Part shown: piece after piece, positions 18,903 to 28,008 of the stretch
Layout: each line of letters opens with the position of its first letter
Position numbering within the stretch: position 1 is the first letter of the stretch
NCBI GenBank assembly: GCA_016794365.1
Contig: JAEUKB010000009.1
Span: 8,355-72,354 of the forward strand
Direction: 5' to 3'
Length of the DNA: 64,000 nt
Origin: Myxococcales bacterium
Lineage (GTDB): Bacteria; Myxococcota_A; Polyangia; Palsa-1104; JAEUJZ01
The notes under the pieces: model-generated
Database searches by the model: none
Seen by the model: the letters and a program-made list of their open reading frames with translations, nothing else
Told to the model about the DNA's origin: nothing
Translations under genes and position numbers: made by a program

Positions 18903-20087
18903 CTACTTGCAGCGGGGCAGGGCAGCGGCGGCTCCGTCGGTCTTTAGCTCTCCGCCTTGGGGTTCGTCGATGCAGTTGCCTTGCCCGGTGCTGTCCCACA
19001 TGATGTCGGCCCCCATCAGCTTGACGGGCGGAGCGCCGTTTACGTAGGCCGGATCGGGCGACTTGCCGTTGTTGCGGTAGGTGTTGCCGGTGATGCGGGC
19101 GCGGTCGGTGTTTGGCTCGACATCGAGCTTGGTCGGGTCCGAGAAGTACAGCGACAGGCCGATGATCGCGACGCCGGTGGAGCCGTTGTCGAAGATCTCG
19201 TTCTTTTCAACGACCGTGTTGTCCGCACCCATGATGCCGACGCCGATGCCATAAGGCAGCTTGGCGACAAAGGCGTTGGGGTCGGCAAAGTTCTTCAGGT
19301 TGTTGCGATACGTCTTGTTGTTGCGAATCGTGCAGTCGCGGCCCTCTTTGCTCGGGTTTTGCGGCAGCACAAACGCCATGATCCCGGCGGTGTTGTCGTG
19401 AACGTCGTTGTTTTCGACGAGCGCGGTGACGGTGTTTTCGATCTCGATGCCCGCGACGTTGCCGTAGACGTGGTTGCGGCGGACCGTGGCGCGGCGGCTC
19501 TGGCCGACGTAGATGCCCGCGTCGTTGATGCCGGTGGTGGTGCAGTCTTCGATCAGGATGTCTTCGGACTCGACGGGATAGACGCCATAGTGGCCGGTCT
19601 TGTCGGCGACCAGGTTGCGCATGGTGACGCCCAGGCTCTTGCTGGTGGTGACGCCGTTGCCGCTGTAGTTTTTGACCGTGATGCCGTCCATCACAAAGCG
19701 CGAGCCGCTGACGATGACCGCGTCTTTGCGCTGCTTGCCGCCGTCTAGCGATCCGTCGATGATGGCGCGCTCCTCGGGGCGATCAGAAGAGGTGACGCCG
19801 ACCAGCATGACGCCCGAGCGGTCCACGGCAACCGTTTCGCGGTAGATGCCGGGCCGCAGCTTGACGACCCAGTGCTCGGCGTCGGCTGGCATGTCGAAGA
19901 TGGCCTGGGTGATGGACTGACCGGGGTCGAGCGTGACGTTGGCTTCCCCATTGGCGATGCAGTCGCGGCGCTCGGCAGCGTCCAGCGCCCCGTTGTAACA
20001 GTCATACAGGTTCTTTTGAGCGCAGCCGGACAGTCCCAGAAGGCCCAGACCAGCAATACAGGACAATCGAACGATGGCTTTCGACAT
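18903..20087 (-). CDS. Parallel beta-helix repeat lipoprotein (NosD/pectate-lyase-like fold)
   Basis: Lipobox LLGLSGC; repeated beta-helix rungs of the form N..V.GN.AGI.I.N; GAGAGG RBS. Confidence 0.7.
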   Translation of the reverse strand: MSKAIVRLSCIAGLGLLGLSGCAQKNLYDCYNGALDAAERRDCIANGEANVTLDPGQSITQAIFDMPADAEHWVVKLRPGIYRETVAVDRSGVMLVGVTSSDRPEERAIIDGSLDGGKQRKDAVIVSGSRFVMDGITVKNYSGNGVTTSKSLGVTMRNLVADKTGHYGVYPVESEDILIEDCTTTGINDAGIYVGQSRRATVRRNHVYGNVAGIEIENTVTALVENNDVHDNTAGIMAFVLPQNPSKEGRDCTIRNNKTYRNNLKNFADPNAFVAKLPYGIGVGIMGADNTVVEKNEIFDNGSTGVAIIGLSLYFSDPTKLDVEPNTDRARITGNTYRNNGKSPDPAYVNGAPPVKLMGADIMWDSTGQGNCIDEPQGGELKTDGAAAALPRCK

Positions 20088-20146
20088 GGTGACCTCTCTT
20101 TGTGCGCTGGATGGCGCGGATGGCAAAGGGCAAGGGTGGGCTGCGG

Positions 20147-21349
20147 TTAGAGCGGCCCCTGTGGAACGGGCAGACCGGATGGCACTTTGGCGGGGATCTC
20201 GGGACGCAGCGACTCATCGGTGAGCGCTTCCATGAACGAGATGAGGTCCGCCTTTTCGTCGGGCGTCATATCAAACTTGCGAATCTTGTCATCGACGTTG
20301 CTGAGCGGGTAGCCGCGACCTGCGCCGCCGCCCTGCGAATAGAAGTCGAGCACGTCACCAAGGGTCTTGAGCGATCCGTTGTGCATGTAAGGCGCGGTCT
20401 TGGCGACGTTGCGCAGGGTCGGTACGCGGAAGGCACGCTCGACGGAAGCGCCGGGACTGATGGCGGCCCGCCCGCGATCGTCATCGAGCTTGGTCGGATC
20501 GCCGAGCGCGGGAACGCCGAGGACTTTGTATTCCTTCATCGCGAAGGTGGGGATCTCGTGACACTCAAAGCAGCGGGTGCTGACCGAGCGGAACAGGTTC
20601 AGTCCCCGGACGGCGGAGTCGCTTAAGGCACTGCGATCGCCTGCGGCGTAGCGGTCAAAGGGTGAGTTGACGGTGGCGACGCTGCGCTCGAAGGCGGCGA
20701 TGGCGCTGGCGATGTTGTCGAGCGTAACCGCCGAGCCATTTGCGCCACGGAAGGCTTCATCAAAGCGGCGCGTGTACTCGGGGATGGCGCGCAGCTCGGT
20801 GAGGAGCAGCTTGGGGTCTTGATCCATCTCGATGGGGTTGGCGATCGGACCCTTGGCCTGATCTTCGAGGGTCTTGGCCCTGCCGTCCCAGAACTGCTCG
20901 TTGTTCCAAGCGGCGTTCCAGATGGTTGGGGCGCTGCGTCCACCCTTCTGGCCGCGAATGCCGGTCGAGACAGCGCGGTTGTCGGTAAAGCCAAAGGCCG
21001 GGTGGTGACAGGATGCGCAGGCGACGGTGTTGTCACCGGACAAGACCGGATCGAAGAACAGCAGGCGGCCCAGCTCGATGCGCTCGGGGGTGGTGAGCGC
21101 GCCCATCGGGCGATTCATGGCGGGAAAGGCCTGCTCTAGGCCGCTGCGGGGCGAGCGGCCATCGGACAGTGGGGTGACGACCTCGCACTCGCCGACGTTG
21201 TTGAGCCGATCGAGCCAGACGGTGCGCATGCCTTGGGGGCAGTTGAGGGTCTGGCCGTCGTCTCCATTTGTGCAGGAGGCGACGAGGCCGAGCAAGAGAC
21301 AGGCGAAGACGGGACGATGACCAGCCGAAAGCAGCGAGAAGGCACGCAT
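20147..21349 (-). CDS. Di-haem cytochrome c peroxidase (CCP/MauG family)
   Basis: Two CxxCH haem sites (CASCHH, CFECHE); a conserved Trp/Pro/Met-rich distal region; N-terminal signal peptide. Confidence 0.85.
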   Translation of the reverse strand: MRAFSLLSAGHRPVFACLLLGLVASCTNGDDGQTLNCPQGMRTVWLDRLNNVGECEVVTPLSDGRSPRSGLEQAFPAMNRPMGALTTPERIELGRLLFFDPVLSGDNTVACASCHHPAFGFTDNRAVSTGIRGQKGGRSAPTIWNAAWNNEQFWDGRAKTLEDQAKGPIANPIEMDQDPKLLLTELRAIPEYTRRFDEAFRGANGSAVTLDNIASAIAAFERSVATVNSPFDRYAAGDRSALSDSAVRGLNLFRSVSTRCFECHEIPTFAMKEYKVLGVPALGDPTKLDDDRGRAAISPGASVERAFRVPTLRNVAKTAPYMHNGSLKTLGDVLDFYSQGGGAGRGYPLSNVDDKIRKFDMTPDEKADLISFMEALTDESLRPEIPAKVPSGLPVPQGPL

Positions 21350-21478
21350 GGCTGGGAAGCTACGATCGCAACAGATGCGGAGGCAACAGTTTGCAGTGTC
21401 GTCACCGAGCAGCCTAGGCCGGATCCGGGCGACGCGGACGCTTGCCAGGGCCACTTGGGATTGGGCATTCTGCCGCTC

Positions 21479-21913
21479 ATGTCATCGTCCAAGCTTGTAC
21501 GGACCGAGCGTGCGATCGCACTGTTTGCGGAGACCTTGTTTTCTACCGAGAGCGGGCTGCCGCCACGGGATCGCATCGATGGGGTGGTGGAATCGGCGAG
21601 CGCGCTGTTGGCAGCGACCACCGTGCGGTCACGGCTGATGTTTCAGGTCTGCCTGTTCGCGATGCTGTGGGTGGCTCCGCTGTTCATTTATAGAGCGCCA
21701 GGGCTTGGGCGACTGCCGCTCGGGCAGCGGGTGGCGGCGCTGACCGCGATGGAGCACAGCCCAACCGGCGCAGCGATGGTGCTGGCGATCAAGGCGGTGC
21801 TGTGCATGCTCTGGTACGAACACCCCGAGGCGGCGGCGGAAGTGGGGGCGGACCCACCCTGTGTGCCGGGGATTCGCAGATCGCTGCCGGTGCTCGGCGG
21901 AGGTGTCTCGTGA
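21479..21913 (+). CDS. Small hypothetical membrane protein translationally coupled to GMC oxidoreductase
   Basis: Two hydrophobic segments. Its stop codon TGA at 21911-21913 overlaps the downstream GTG start (GTGA). Confidence 0.4.
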   Translation: MSSSKLVRTERAIALFAETLFSTESGLPPRDRIDGVVESASALLAATTVRSRLMFQVCLFAMLWVAPLFIYRAPGLGRLPLGQRVAALTAMEHSPTGAAMVLAIKAVLCMLWYEHPEAAAEVGADPPCVPGIRRSLPVLGGGVS

Positions 21914-23484
21914 GCTTGGTAGAAGGACGGACGCTCGGCGGGGTGGCAAAGCCGCTGACGCTGGATGCAGATGTGGTGATCATCGGCTCGGGGGCGAGCG
22001 GGGCGGTGATTGCGGCGGAGCTGGCCGAGGCGGGACAGCGGGTGGTGATCTTGGAAGAGGGTCCGCACCTTCTGCCGCAGGATCTGGCCCGCATGAAGCC
22101 ATCGGAGACGATGCGGCGCGGCTGGCGGGAATCGGGCATCTCGTTCACGGTCCCGGTCGGCAACAGCCCGGCGATCAACCTGATGGTGGGACGCTGCGTG
22201 GGCGGGTCGTCTGTGATGACCGGCGGGGTGTGCTTTCGGACGCCGGATCACATCCTGCATGAGTGGGTGACGGAGCTGGGCCTGTCAGAGCTATCGCCCG
22301 AGGCCATGGCACCCTATTTCGAGGAAGTCGAGCGGCGCTGCCACATCGAGCTGGTGCCAGAGCACATGCGCTCGCGATCGACGGTGCTGTATGGACAAGG
22401 GGCGACGCGGCTCGGCTACTCGCTGGCACCGAACCAGCGCAACACCAAGGACTGCGACGGCTGCTCGCGCTGTAACTTCGGCTGTCCGCACGGCGCAAAG
22501 TGGAGCGTTGATCTGACGTATCTGCCGCGTGCGCTGTCTGCGGGGGCAGAGCTGTTTTCCGATGCGATGGTCGAGCGGATCCTGCTGCGGGGCGATCAGG
22601 CGACGGGGGTTGCGGGGCGGCTACTCGGTGTCGATGGCAAGCCGGGACGGCGGTTTGAGGTGCAGGCCAAGCGGGTGGTGGTGGCGTGCGGAGGGATGCA
22701 CACGCCTCGGCTGCTGCAAGACGCGGGGATCGCGGAGCGGCTGACGGCAGTGGGCGAAGGCATGACGCTGCATCCGAGCATGCGGGTGATGGCGCGCTTT
22801 GATGATCCGGTCTACGGCTGGCGGGGGGCGCTCCAGAGTGCGCACTCGGAAGCGTTTGTGAAGGAGCGGATCACGCTGATGAGCGTGTTTGTGCCGACCG
22901 GCGTGCTGGCGGCGACCTTGCCGGGCATCGGCAGCAGCCACAAGCGACGGGCCGAGATGGCTCCGTATCTGGCGGTGTTTGGCGGGATGATCCACGACGA
23001 TCCCGGTGGGCGGGTGCTGTCGCGGCGATCGCCGCTGGGGCTTTTGATGGGCCGGACCGAGCCGGTGGTGACGTATGAGATGTCGCGGCGTGATCGCAAG
23101 GCGATCAGTCGAATGCTGCGGATCTTGGCCGAGACGTTCTTCGCGGCGGGGGCTCGTGAGGTGTTCTTGCCGATCCTCGGTGGGCCGCCAGGGTTCCCGG
23201 AAGGTGGTCTTTCGGCTGATGATCTGAAGCAGGTGGACCTGGACAAGATCCCGAGCACGCGCTTCGAGTGCGCATCGCAGCATCCGCTTGGCTCGGCGCG
23301 GATGGGCCTATCGAGCGATGACGCGGTGGTCGATCAGCGCGGCCAGGTGTTCGGTCTGCGCGAGCTGTTCGTGGTGGATGCGAGCATCTTGCCGACCAGC
23401 TTGGGCGTCAATCCGCAGGTGACGGTGATGGCGATGGCGACGCGACTGGCATATCAGCTGCGGGAGCGACCCCTGCCGGTGTAG
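21910..23484 (+). CDS. GMC-family FAD-dependent oxidoreductase
   Basis: ADP-binding fold DVVIIGSGASGAVIAAELAEAG; C-terminal GMC region with HPLGSARMG. Start assigned to GTG 21910; the upstream in-frame ATG at 21802 would overlap the preceding ORF by 110 nt. Confidence 0.75.
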   Translation: MSLVEGRTLGGVAKPLTLDADVVIIGSGASGAVIAAELAEAGQRVVILEEGPHLLPQDLARMKPSETMRRGWRESGISFTVPVGNSPAINLMVGRCVGGSSVMTGGVCFRTPDHILHEWVTELGLSELSPEAMAPYFEEVERRCHIELVPEHMRSRSTVLYGQGATRLGYSLAPNQRNTKDCDGCSRCNFGCPHGAKWSVDLTYLPRALSAGAELFSDAMVERILLRGDQATGVAGRLLGVDGKPGRRFEVQAKRVVVACGGMHTPRLLQDAGIAERLTAVGEGMTLHPSMRVMARFDDPVYGWRGALQSAHSEAFVKERITLMSVFVPTGVLAATLPGIGSSHKRRAEMAPYLAVFGGMIHDDPGGRVLSRRSPLGLLMGRTEPVVTYEMSRRDRKAISRMLRILAETFFAAGAREVFLPILGGPPGFPEGGLSADDLKQVDLDKIPSTRFECASQHPLGSARMGLSSDDAVVDQRGQVFGLRELFVVDASILPTSLGVNPQVTVMAMATRLAYQLRERPLPV

Positions 23485-23526
23485 GTAGACTCTTGTCGGC
23501 ATTCGCAGGGATGCCAAAATGGACAC

Positions 23527-24195
23527 ATGGCCATCCAGAACCTCCGAGACAAGCTGCTGAAGGCGGGTCTCGTTGACAAGAAGCAGAAGGTCGCAGCCGA
23601 TACGCAAGATCGACGCGAAAAGAAGCAGCTTGGGGCTGACAAGCTCGCGGCGGAAGAGGCAGAGCGTCAGCGGCTGTTTGCCGAAAAGCAGGCGCAGGAA
23701 GCCGAGGCCAAGCGTCTCGCGGACCTGGCCAAAGCGGCAGAGCGTGCGGTCCACGAAGCGGCGAACCGGGTGCGTAACATCTGTGATCGCTGGGCGGTGC
23801 GGGTGACGCGGCCCGGACAGCGGCGCTTTTACTTTGTGCAGCGCTCGGGTCGGGTCGGGTATCTGTGGCTGCCCGATGAGCTATGTGATCAGCTCTGTCT
23901 GGGCGCGCTGGCGATCGTGGAGCGACTACCGGCAGCGGAGATTGCGACCTTGGGGAGCAAGCCAGTGGCGGTGGTGAAGAAGCCGCGCAGCCTGCTCCAG
24001 CAGCTCATTGGTCAGGTGAAAAAGGGTCAGATGCAGGTCGTCAGCGAGGAGACGCATGTGCTGCTGCCTCCCGAGCCGACCGAGCGTGTGCTGGCGATTG
24101 ATCCGTCTGCGGTGCGGTTCTGGGCGTGCAGCGGCAAGCCGCTCGGTTACTTGTCCGAAGGTGGGGCAGGCAGCGGTGAGGCGGCGACCGCGTAG
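23527..24195 (+). CDS. DUF2058-family protein (YaiL-like)
   Basis: N-terminus MAIQNLRDKLLKAGLVDKKQK matches the DUF2058 consensus start. Confidence 0.55.
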   Translation: MAIQNLRDKLLKAGLVDKKQKVAADTQDRREKKQLGADKLAAEEAERQRLFAEKQAQEAEAKRLADLAKAAERAVHEAANRVRNICDRWAVRVTRPGQRRFYFVQRSGRVGYLWLPDELCDQLCLGALAIVERLPAAEIATLGSKPVAVVKKPRSLLQQLIGQVKKGQMQVVSEETHVLLPPEPTERVLAIDPSAVRFWACSGKPLGYLSEGGAGSGEAATA

Positions 24196-25124
24196 GGATC
24201 TTTTCGCCACAAAAGCCACAGCGCAAGTCCAATGCCCGCGAGCGAGATGATCTGACTGGTCGAAAGAAAGCCGAACAGGACGCCGCGCTCGTCATCGCGC
24301 CAGATCTCGACCAGGATGCGCAGCACGGCGTAGAGCATCAAGCAGGCTCCGGCCACAAACCCTTCCTGTCGCTTGCGGGGACGCACGAATAGGTACGTCA
24401 CGCCGAACAGCAGCAGGCAGCCGAGCGACTCGTAGAGCTGGGTGGGATGAACGGGCAGCATCTGCTGACCGGCCATGATCTGATGGGCATCGAACTGGGC
24501 GCGCCAGGGTGAGCTGCCGATGGGGAAGCGGACGCCGAACAGCGAGTGGGTGACTTTGCCGTAGCAGCAGCCGTTGAGGTAGCAGCCGAGCCGACCAAAG
24601 AACAGGCCGAGCAGGATGGCCGGAGCCGCCAGGTCGGCGACGCGCAGAAAGCGAATCTTGGCCTTGCGGGTGAAGTAGACGGCATAGGCGGTGGCCATGA
24701 TGAGCCCACCGTAATAGACCAGGCCGCCGCGCCACAGCTTGGCCCAGGCCAGGCAGTCCCGGGGCGGATAGCAGACATGGCGCGCGGTGTCGCACAGGTA
24801 GTCGTAGCCACACTCGGCTGCGGTGTTGCAGCGAGAGACCAGCGCGTCAATCGCCGGAACCTTGAGCGGGTCGATACACAGGTTTACGTAGTCTTGCAGG
24901 TGTCCATCGACAAAGACGTGCAGGATGCGAGAGCCGATGACCCCGAAGATGGTCATGTACAGGTTGATGTCGATGATGTCGTCGGGGTCGAGATCGAGCT
25001 TTTTGGACTCACGGATGGTCAGGATGGCCGCAAAGAGCAGGCCAAGCGTCAGGAACGTGAAGTAGGCGGGGAAGGTGACATCCCCAAGGAGCGGCAGGAC
25101 GAACTTGGCAAGAAGTGGCTTCAC
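24147..25124 (-). CDS. lgt: Prolipoprotein diacylglyceryl transferase
   Basis: Lgt signature GRLGCYLNGCCYG; 7 TM helices; an extra Cys-rich periplasmic insertion. Confidence 0.8.
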   Translation of the reverse strand: MKPLLAKFVLPLLGDVTFPAYFTFLTLGLLFAAILTIRESKKLDLDPDDIIDINLYMTIFGVIGSRILHVFVDGHLQDYVNLCIDPLKVPAIDALVSRCNTAAECGYDYLCDTARHVCYPPRDCLAWAKLWRGGLVYYGGLIMATAYAVYFTRKAKIRFLRVADLAAPAILLGLFFGRLGCYLNGCCYGKVTHSLFGVRFPIGSSPWRAQFDAHQIMAGQQMLPVHPTQLYESLGCLLLFGVTYLFVRPRKRQEGFVAGACLMLYAVLRILVEIWRDDERGVLFGFLSTSQIISLAGIGLALWLLWRKDPYAVAASPLPAPPSDK

Positions 25125-25133
25125 GGTAGGCGC

Positions 25134-25715
25134 TTAGGCCGAGGCGGGCTTTTCGGCGAGTGCGCCGGGATCATTGGTGCTGCTGCTGCCTGCGCTCGGC
25201 TGCTCTTCCGGGGGCAGCGGATCGCGGGGACGGTCGATGAGGATCATGCCGACCCCGATGACCAGCGCCGCATCGGCGATGTTGAAGGTCGGCCACTCAT
25301 AGGTCTGCGTGGCGGTGGTGACCTTCCATAAGATGAAGTCAGTGACCCGACTGTACATGGCTCGGTCGAGCATGTTGCCAATCGCGCCACCGGCCAGCAG
25401 GCCCAGCTTGACGCCGAGCCACTTGGAGTTGCCGGGCAGCCGATACAGCCACATGCCGATGACGCCCAGGCAGACCAGGCCGATGCCAAACAAGAAGTAA
25501 CGCGCACCGGCTTGGTTGCGGAACATGCCAAAGGCCGAGCCGGGATTTTCAGAGTAGCGGAAGTCCCAGTAGCCCTTGATGACGGTCTGCGGAACCGAAA
25601 TGGCGTGGGGATAGCCCGTGGGCTTGAGGTGGTTGCGCGCCCAGATCTTGGTGCCTTGGTCGAGGCCGAAGCTAAGCAGGAACAGGAGCAGGAATGCGAC
25701 GTATTTTGACTTCAT
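25134..25715 (-). CDS. lspA: Lipoprotein signal peptidase II
   Basis: SPase II motifs FNIADAALVIG and NxGxAFG-like. Confidence 0.85.
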   Translation of the reverse strand: MKSKYVAFLLLFLLSFGLDQGTKIWARNHLKPTGYPHAISVPQTVIKGYWDFRYSENPGSAFGMFRNQAGARYFLFGIGLVCLGVIGMWLYRLPGNSKWLGVKLGLLAGGAIGNMLDRAMYSRVTDFILWKVTTATQTYEWPTFNIADAALVIGVGMILIDRPRDPLPPEEQPSAGSSSTNDPGALAEKPASA

Positions 25716-25786
25716 CGGATGGTCCTTGCGTTATATCACCGGAGCTTTCTCTTCGGCAACGCTGCGTGTACCCTGATTATTCCCGG

Positions 25787-26767
25787 CTAAGCGTGGAGCG
25801 CGGCGATGGCTTGGGCTCGCTCGGCGACTTTTTGGCGCAGCTCACTGGGGGCCTGCACTTCCACACCGGCACCAAAGCCCAAGATCCAGTTGATCAGCCA
25901 GTCGGACAGCGGGTTTTCCAGGGACACTTGTAGGCTGCCATCGCGACCGACCTGGACGCGGGCCGGATCAAAGCGGGTGCGGACCTCATACGCGAGGGAC
26001 TTGTCGAATCGCAGCTCGATGTGCGGGTGGGCGGTCTCGGGCTGAAAGAGCTGGTCGCGGCGAAACTTCTCTAGATCGAAGTCAGCGGGGACCGTGAAGG
26101 TGGGCTGATCACCGTGAACCACCACGCCGGACAGGCGCTCGACCTTGAACAGGCGAGGCTCGTTGTGGCGATGACAGCGTCCGACCAAGTACCAGGAGCC
26201 TCGGTGATTGAGCAGTGCGTAGGGATCGATGCGGCGCTGCTCGGTGAGCCCGCGCGAAGCCGAGTGATACTTGGCGCTGATCGGACGACGGGCGGTGATG
26301 GAGCGGTGTAGCTCGGACAGGAGCGACAGCTTGTGATGATCTTCGGTCTCGACGACGGACTCGCGCTCTAGGGCAAGCAGCTCGGGGGACGCTTCACCCA
26401 GGGCGGCGCGGATCTTGGCCAGCAAGCGAGCCACTGCGTCTTCGTAGGGACGCACGCCAGAGCCCGCGAGCGCACGCAGACCCAAGGTCAGCGAAAACGC
26501 TTCGGCAGCGGTCAGGCGCAGCGGACGGGTCAGTCCCTGCGGCAGCTCGGCGTAGACACAGTCGTCTTCGTCATCGATGGTCAGCAGCAGGAACTCATCG
26601 GGCGCACCTGCGGGCGGACCGACCTGGGACAGCAGATCGATGTCATCGCGCAAGGTGGTGACATCGACATCCAGCTCTTTGGCCAGCTCGGCTACGGGAA
26701 CACCCTGGCGAGCAAGCACAGCCGGGACCAGATACAGCAGGCGACGGAGACGGGCGGCGGTATCCAT
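25787..26767 (-). CDS. HTH-WYL domain transcriptional regulator (PafC-like)
   Basis: N-terminal winged HTH; WYL domain with GSWYLVGRCH. Confidence 0.7.
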   Translation of the reverse strand: MDTAARLRRLLYLVPAVLARQGVPVAELAKELDVDVTTLRDDIDLLSQVGPPAGAPDEFLLLTIDDEDDCVYAELPQGLTRPLRLTAAEAFSLTLGLRALAGSGVRPYEDAVARLLAKIRAALGEASPELLALERESVVETEDHHKLSLLSELHRSITARRPISAKYHSASRGLTEQRRIDPYALLNHRGSWYLVGRCHRHNEPRLFKVERLSGVVVHGDQPTFTVPADFDLEKFRRDQLFQPETAHPHIELRFDKSLAYEVRTRFDPARVQVGRDGSLQVSLENPLSDWLINWILGFGAGVEVQAPSELRQKVAERAQAIAALHA

Positions 26768-26774
26768 GGCAGTG

Positions 26775-27953
26775 TTAGCTCCGAGCGGCGTGGCGCGTCA
26801 TGCTGGCTTCGGCGGTGCCGGGACCGACGTTGCGACGAGAGATGGCACGAGCGGTCTCTGCGACCCGCTGGCGAACGGTGATGGGGGACAGCACGCGCAG
26901 GCTGCCTGAGGCTGAGAGGACGCGGCTGACCAAGTAGTCGGGGTTGCCGCAGTCAAACTCGACGATGGTGCCGCTTTGACCGTGATCTTCGCCGGAGTTT
27001 CGGCTGGCGGGACCGAAGTCTTCGTCGGCCACCCAGGGTGTATCGGCGCTGACAAACAGGCGGGTGCGGACCTTGGCTTCGCGCTCGAAGCGCCACGGTG
27101 AGATCGATCCCTGCTCTTGCAGCGAAAAGTCAGCCGGGATGTCAAAGTCGGGCGTTTTGGGCCGGGGCGCGACGCTGAGCTTGAGGATGCGATCGATGCG
27201 GAAGCGACGCAGGCCCTGGGCGCGGTGACAAAAGCCGACGAGCAGCCAAGCGCCTTGCCGATAGACGAGTCCATAGGGATCGACATCGCGGCTGCTGGGA
27301 CCGACGACGCCTTGCTCGTTGCTGCTGGCGTCTCCGTCGGCGACCCAGCCACTGCTGCGATGGGCGTCGTATTCAAAGGTCAGCCGCTTGCGGTTGTGGA
27401 TGGCGGTCTCGATCTGCTCTAGGTGCGACGCGAGCGAGCCGGACTTGTAGGTGGTCGGCAGGTGGACCATCACATCCAGCTGCGCGGGACCGTCGGGTGT
27501 CTCACCGCTCGACTGTGGGCTGCGCTTTCTGCGCCGACGCGCGGGCAGCCCGGACAGATCGAACATCAGCTTGCGAACGGCCAGCTCTGCGGCGTGACGA
27601 TAGGGAAAGTCGCTCTGGTGGCGAACGGCGGCGGCGGTGGCGACCAGGACGGCGACTTCATCGGGCGCGAGGACGACCTCGGGCAGGCGATACTTCTGCC
27701 TATCGATGATGTAGCCACCTTCGCTGGGTGCGTCTTCGACATCTTCTAGCGTGACGTAGCGCAGCGGAACGCCCATTTCCAGCAGCGTGGCCTTGTCGCG
27801 CTCGAAGGCGCGGGCACCCGCTTCGGGCTTGGCGCTCCGATATTCGGCGAACTGCTCACGCAGCTCGGAAAAGGCGATGGGACGCCGGGCGTCGAGAAGC
27901 AGCACAACCAAATCAAGCAGTCGCTTGGTCCGAGTATCAGAGGAGGCGTGCAT
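26775..27953 (-). CDS. HTH-WYL domain transcriptional regulator (PafB-like)
   Basis: N-terminal HTH; WYL domain with GAWLLVGFCH. It sits 7 bp upstream of the second WYL gene. Confidence 0.7.
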   Translation of the reverse strand: MHASSDTRTKRLLDLVVLLLDARRPIAFSELREQFAEYRSAKPEAGARAFERDKATLLEMGVPLRYVTLEDVEDAPSEGGYIIDRQKYRLPEVVLAPDEVAVLVATAAAVRHQSDFPYRHAAELAVRKLMFDLSGLPARRRRKRSPQSSGETPDGPAQLDVMVHLPTTYKSGSLASHLEQIETAIHNRKRLTFEYDAHRSSGWVADGDASSNEQGVVGPSSRDVDPYGLVYRQGAWLLVGFCHRAQGLRRFRIDRILKLSVAPRPKTPDFDIPADFSLQEQGSISPWRFEREAKVRTRLFVSADTPWVADEDFGPASRNSGEDHGQSGTIVEFDCGNPDYLVSRVLSASGSLRVLSPITVRQRVAETARAISRRNVGPGTAEASMTRHAARS

Positions 27954-28008
27954 GGCTGCCTCGGAAGTACTGCGCGGCGAGGCGGAAAGTCAAGGCCAGG
28001 ATGGTGGC

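Noticed and set aside
18166-18999. 277-aa minus-strand ORF opposite the secreted-protein gene
   Set aside because: Arg-rich low-complexity translation. The plus-strand gene has a GGAGG RBS and a clean signal peptide, so it is the better call.
18957-19748. 263-aa plus-strand ORF inside the beta-helix lipoprotein gene
   Set aside because: Antisense to a gene with lipobox and beta-helix repeat periodicity. The translation is Ala/Val/Asp/Gly low-complexity.
21802-21909. ATG at 21802 as the GMC oxidoreductase start
   Set aside because: It would add a Gly/Arg-rich leader and overlap the preceding ORF by 110 nt. The GTG at 21910 overlapping the upstream stop (GTGA) is the more economical start, though this is not certain.
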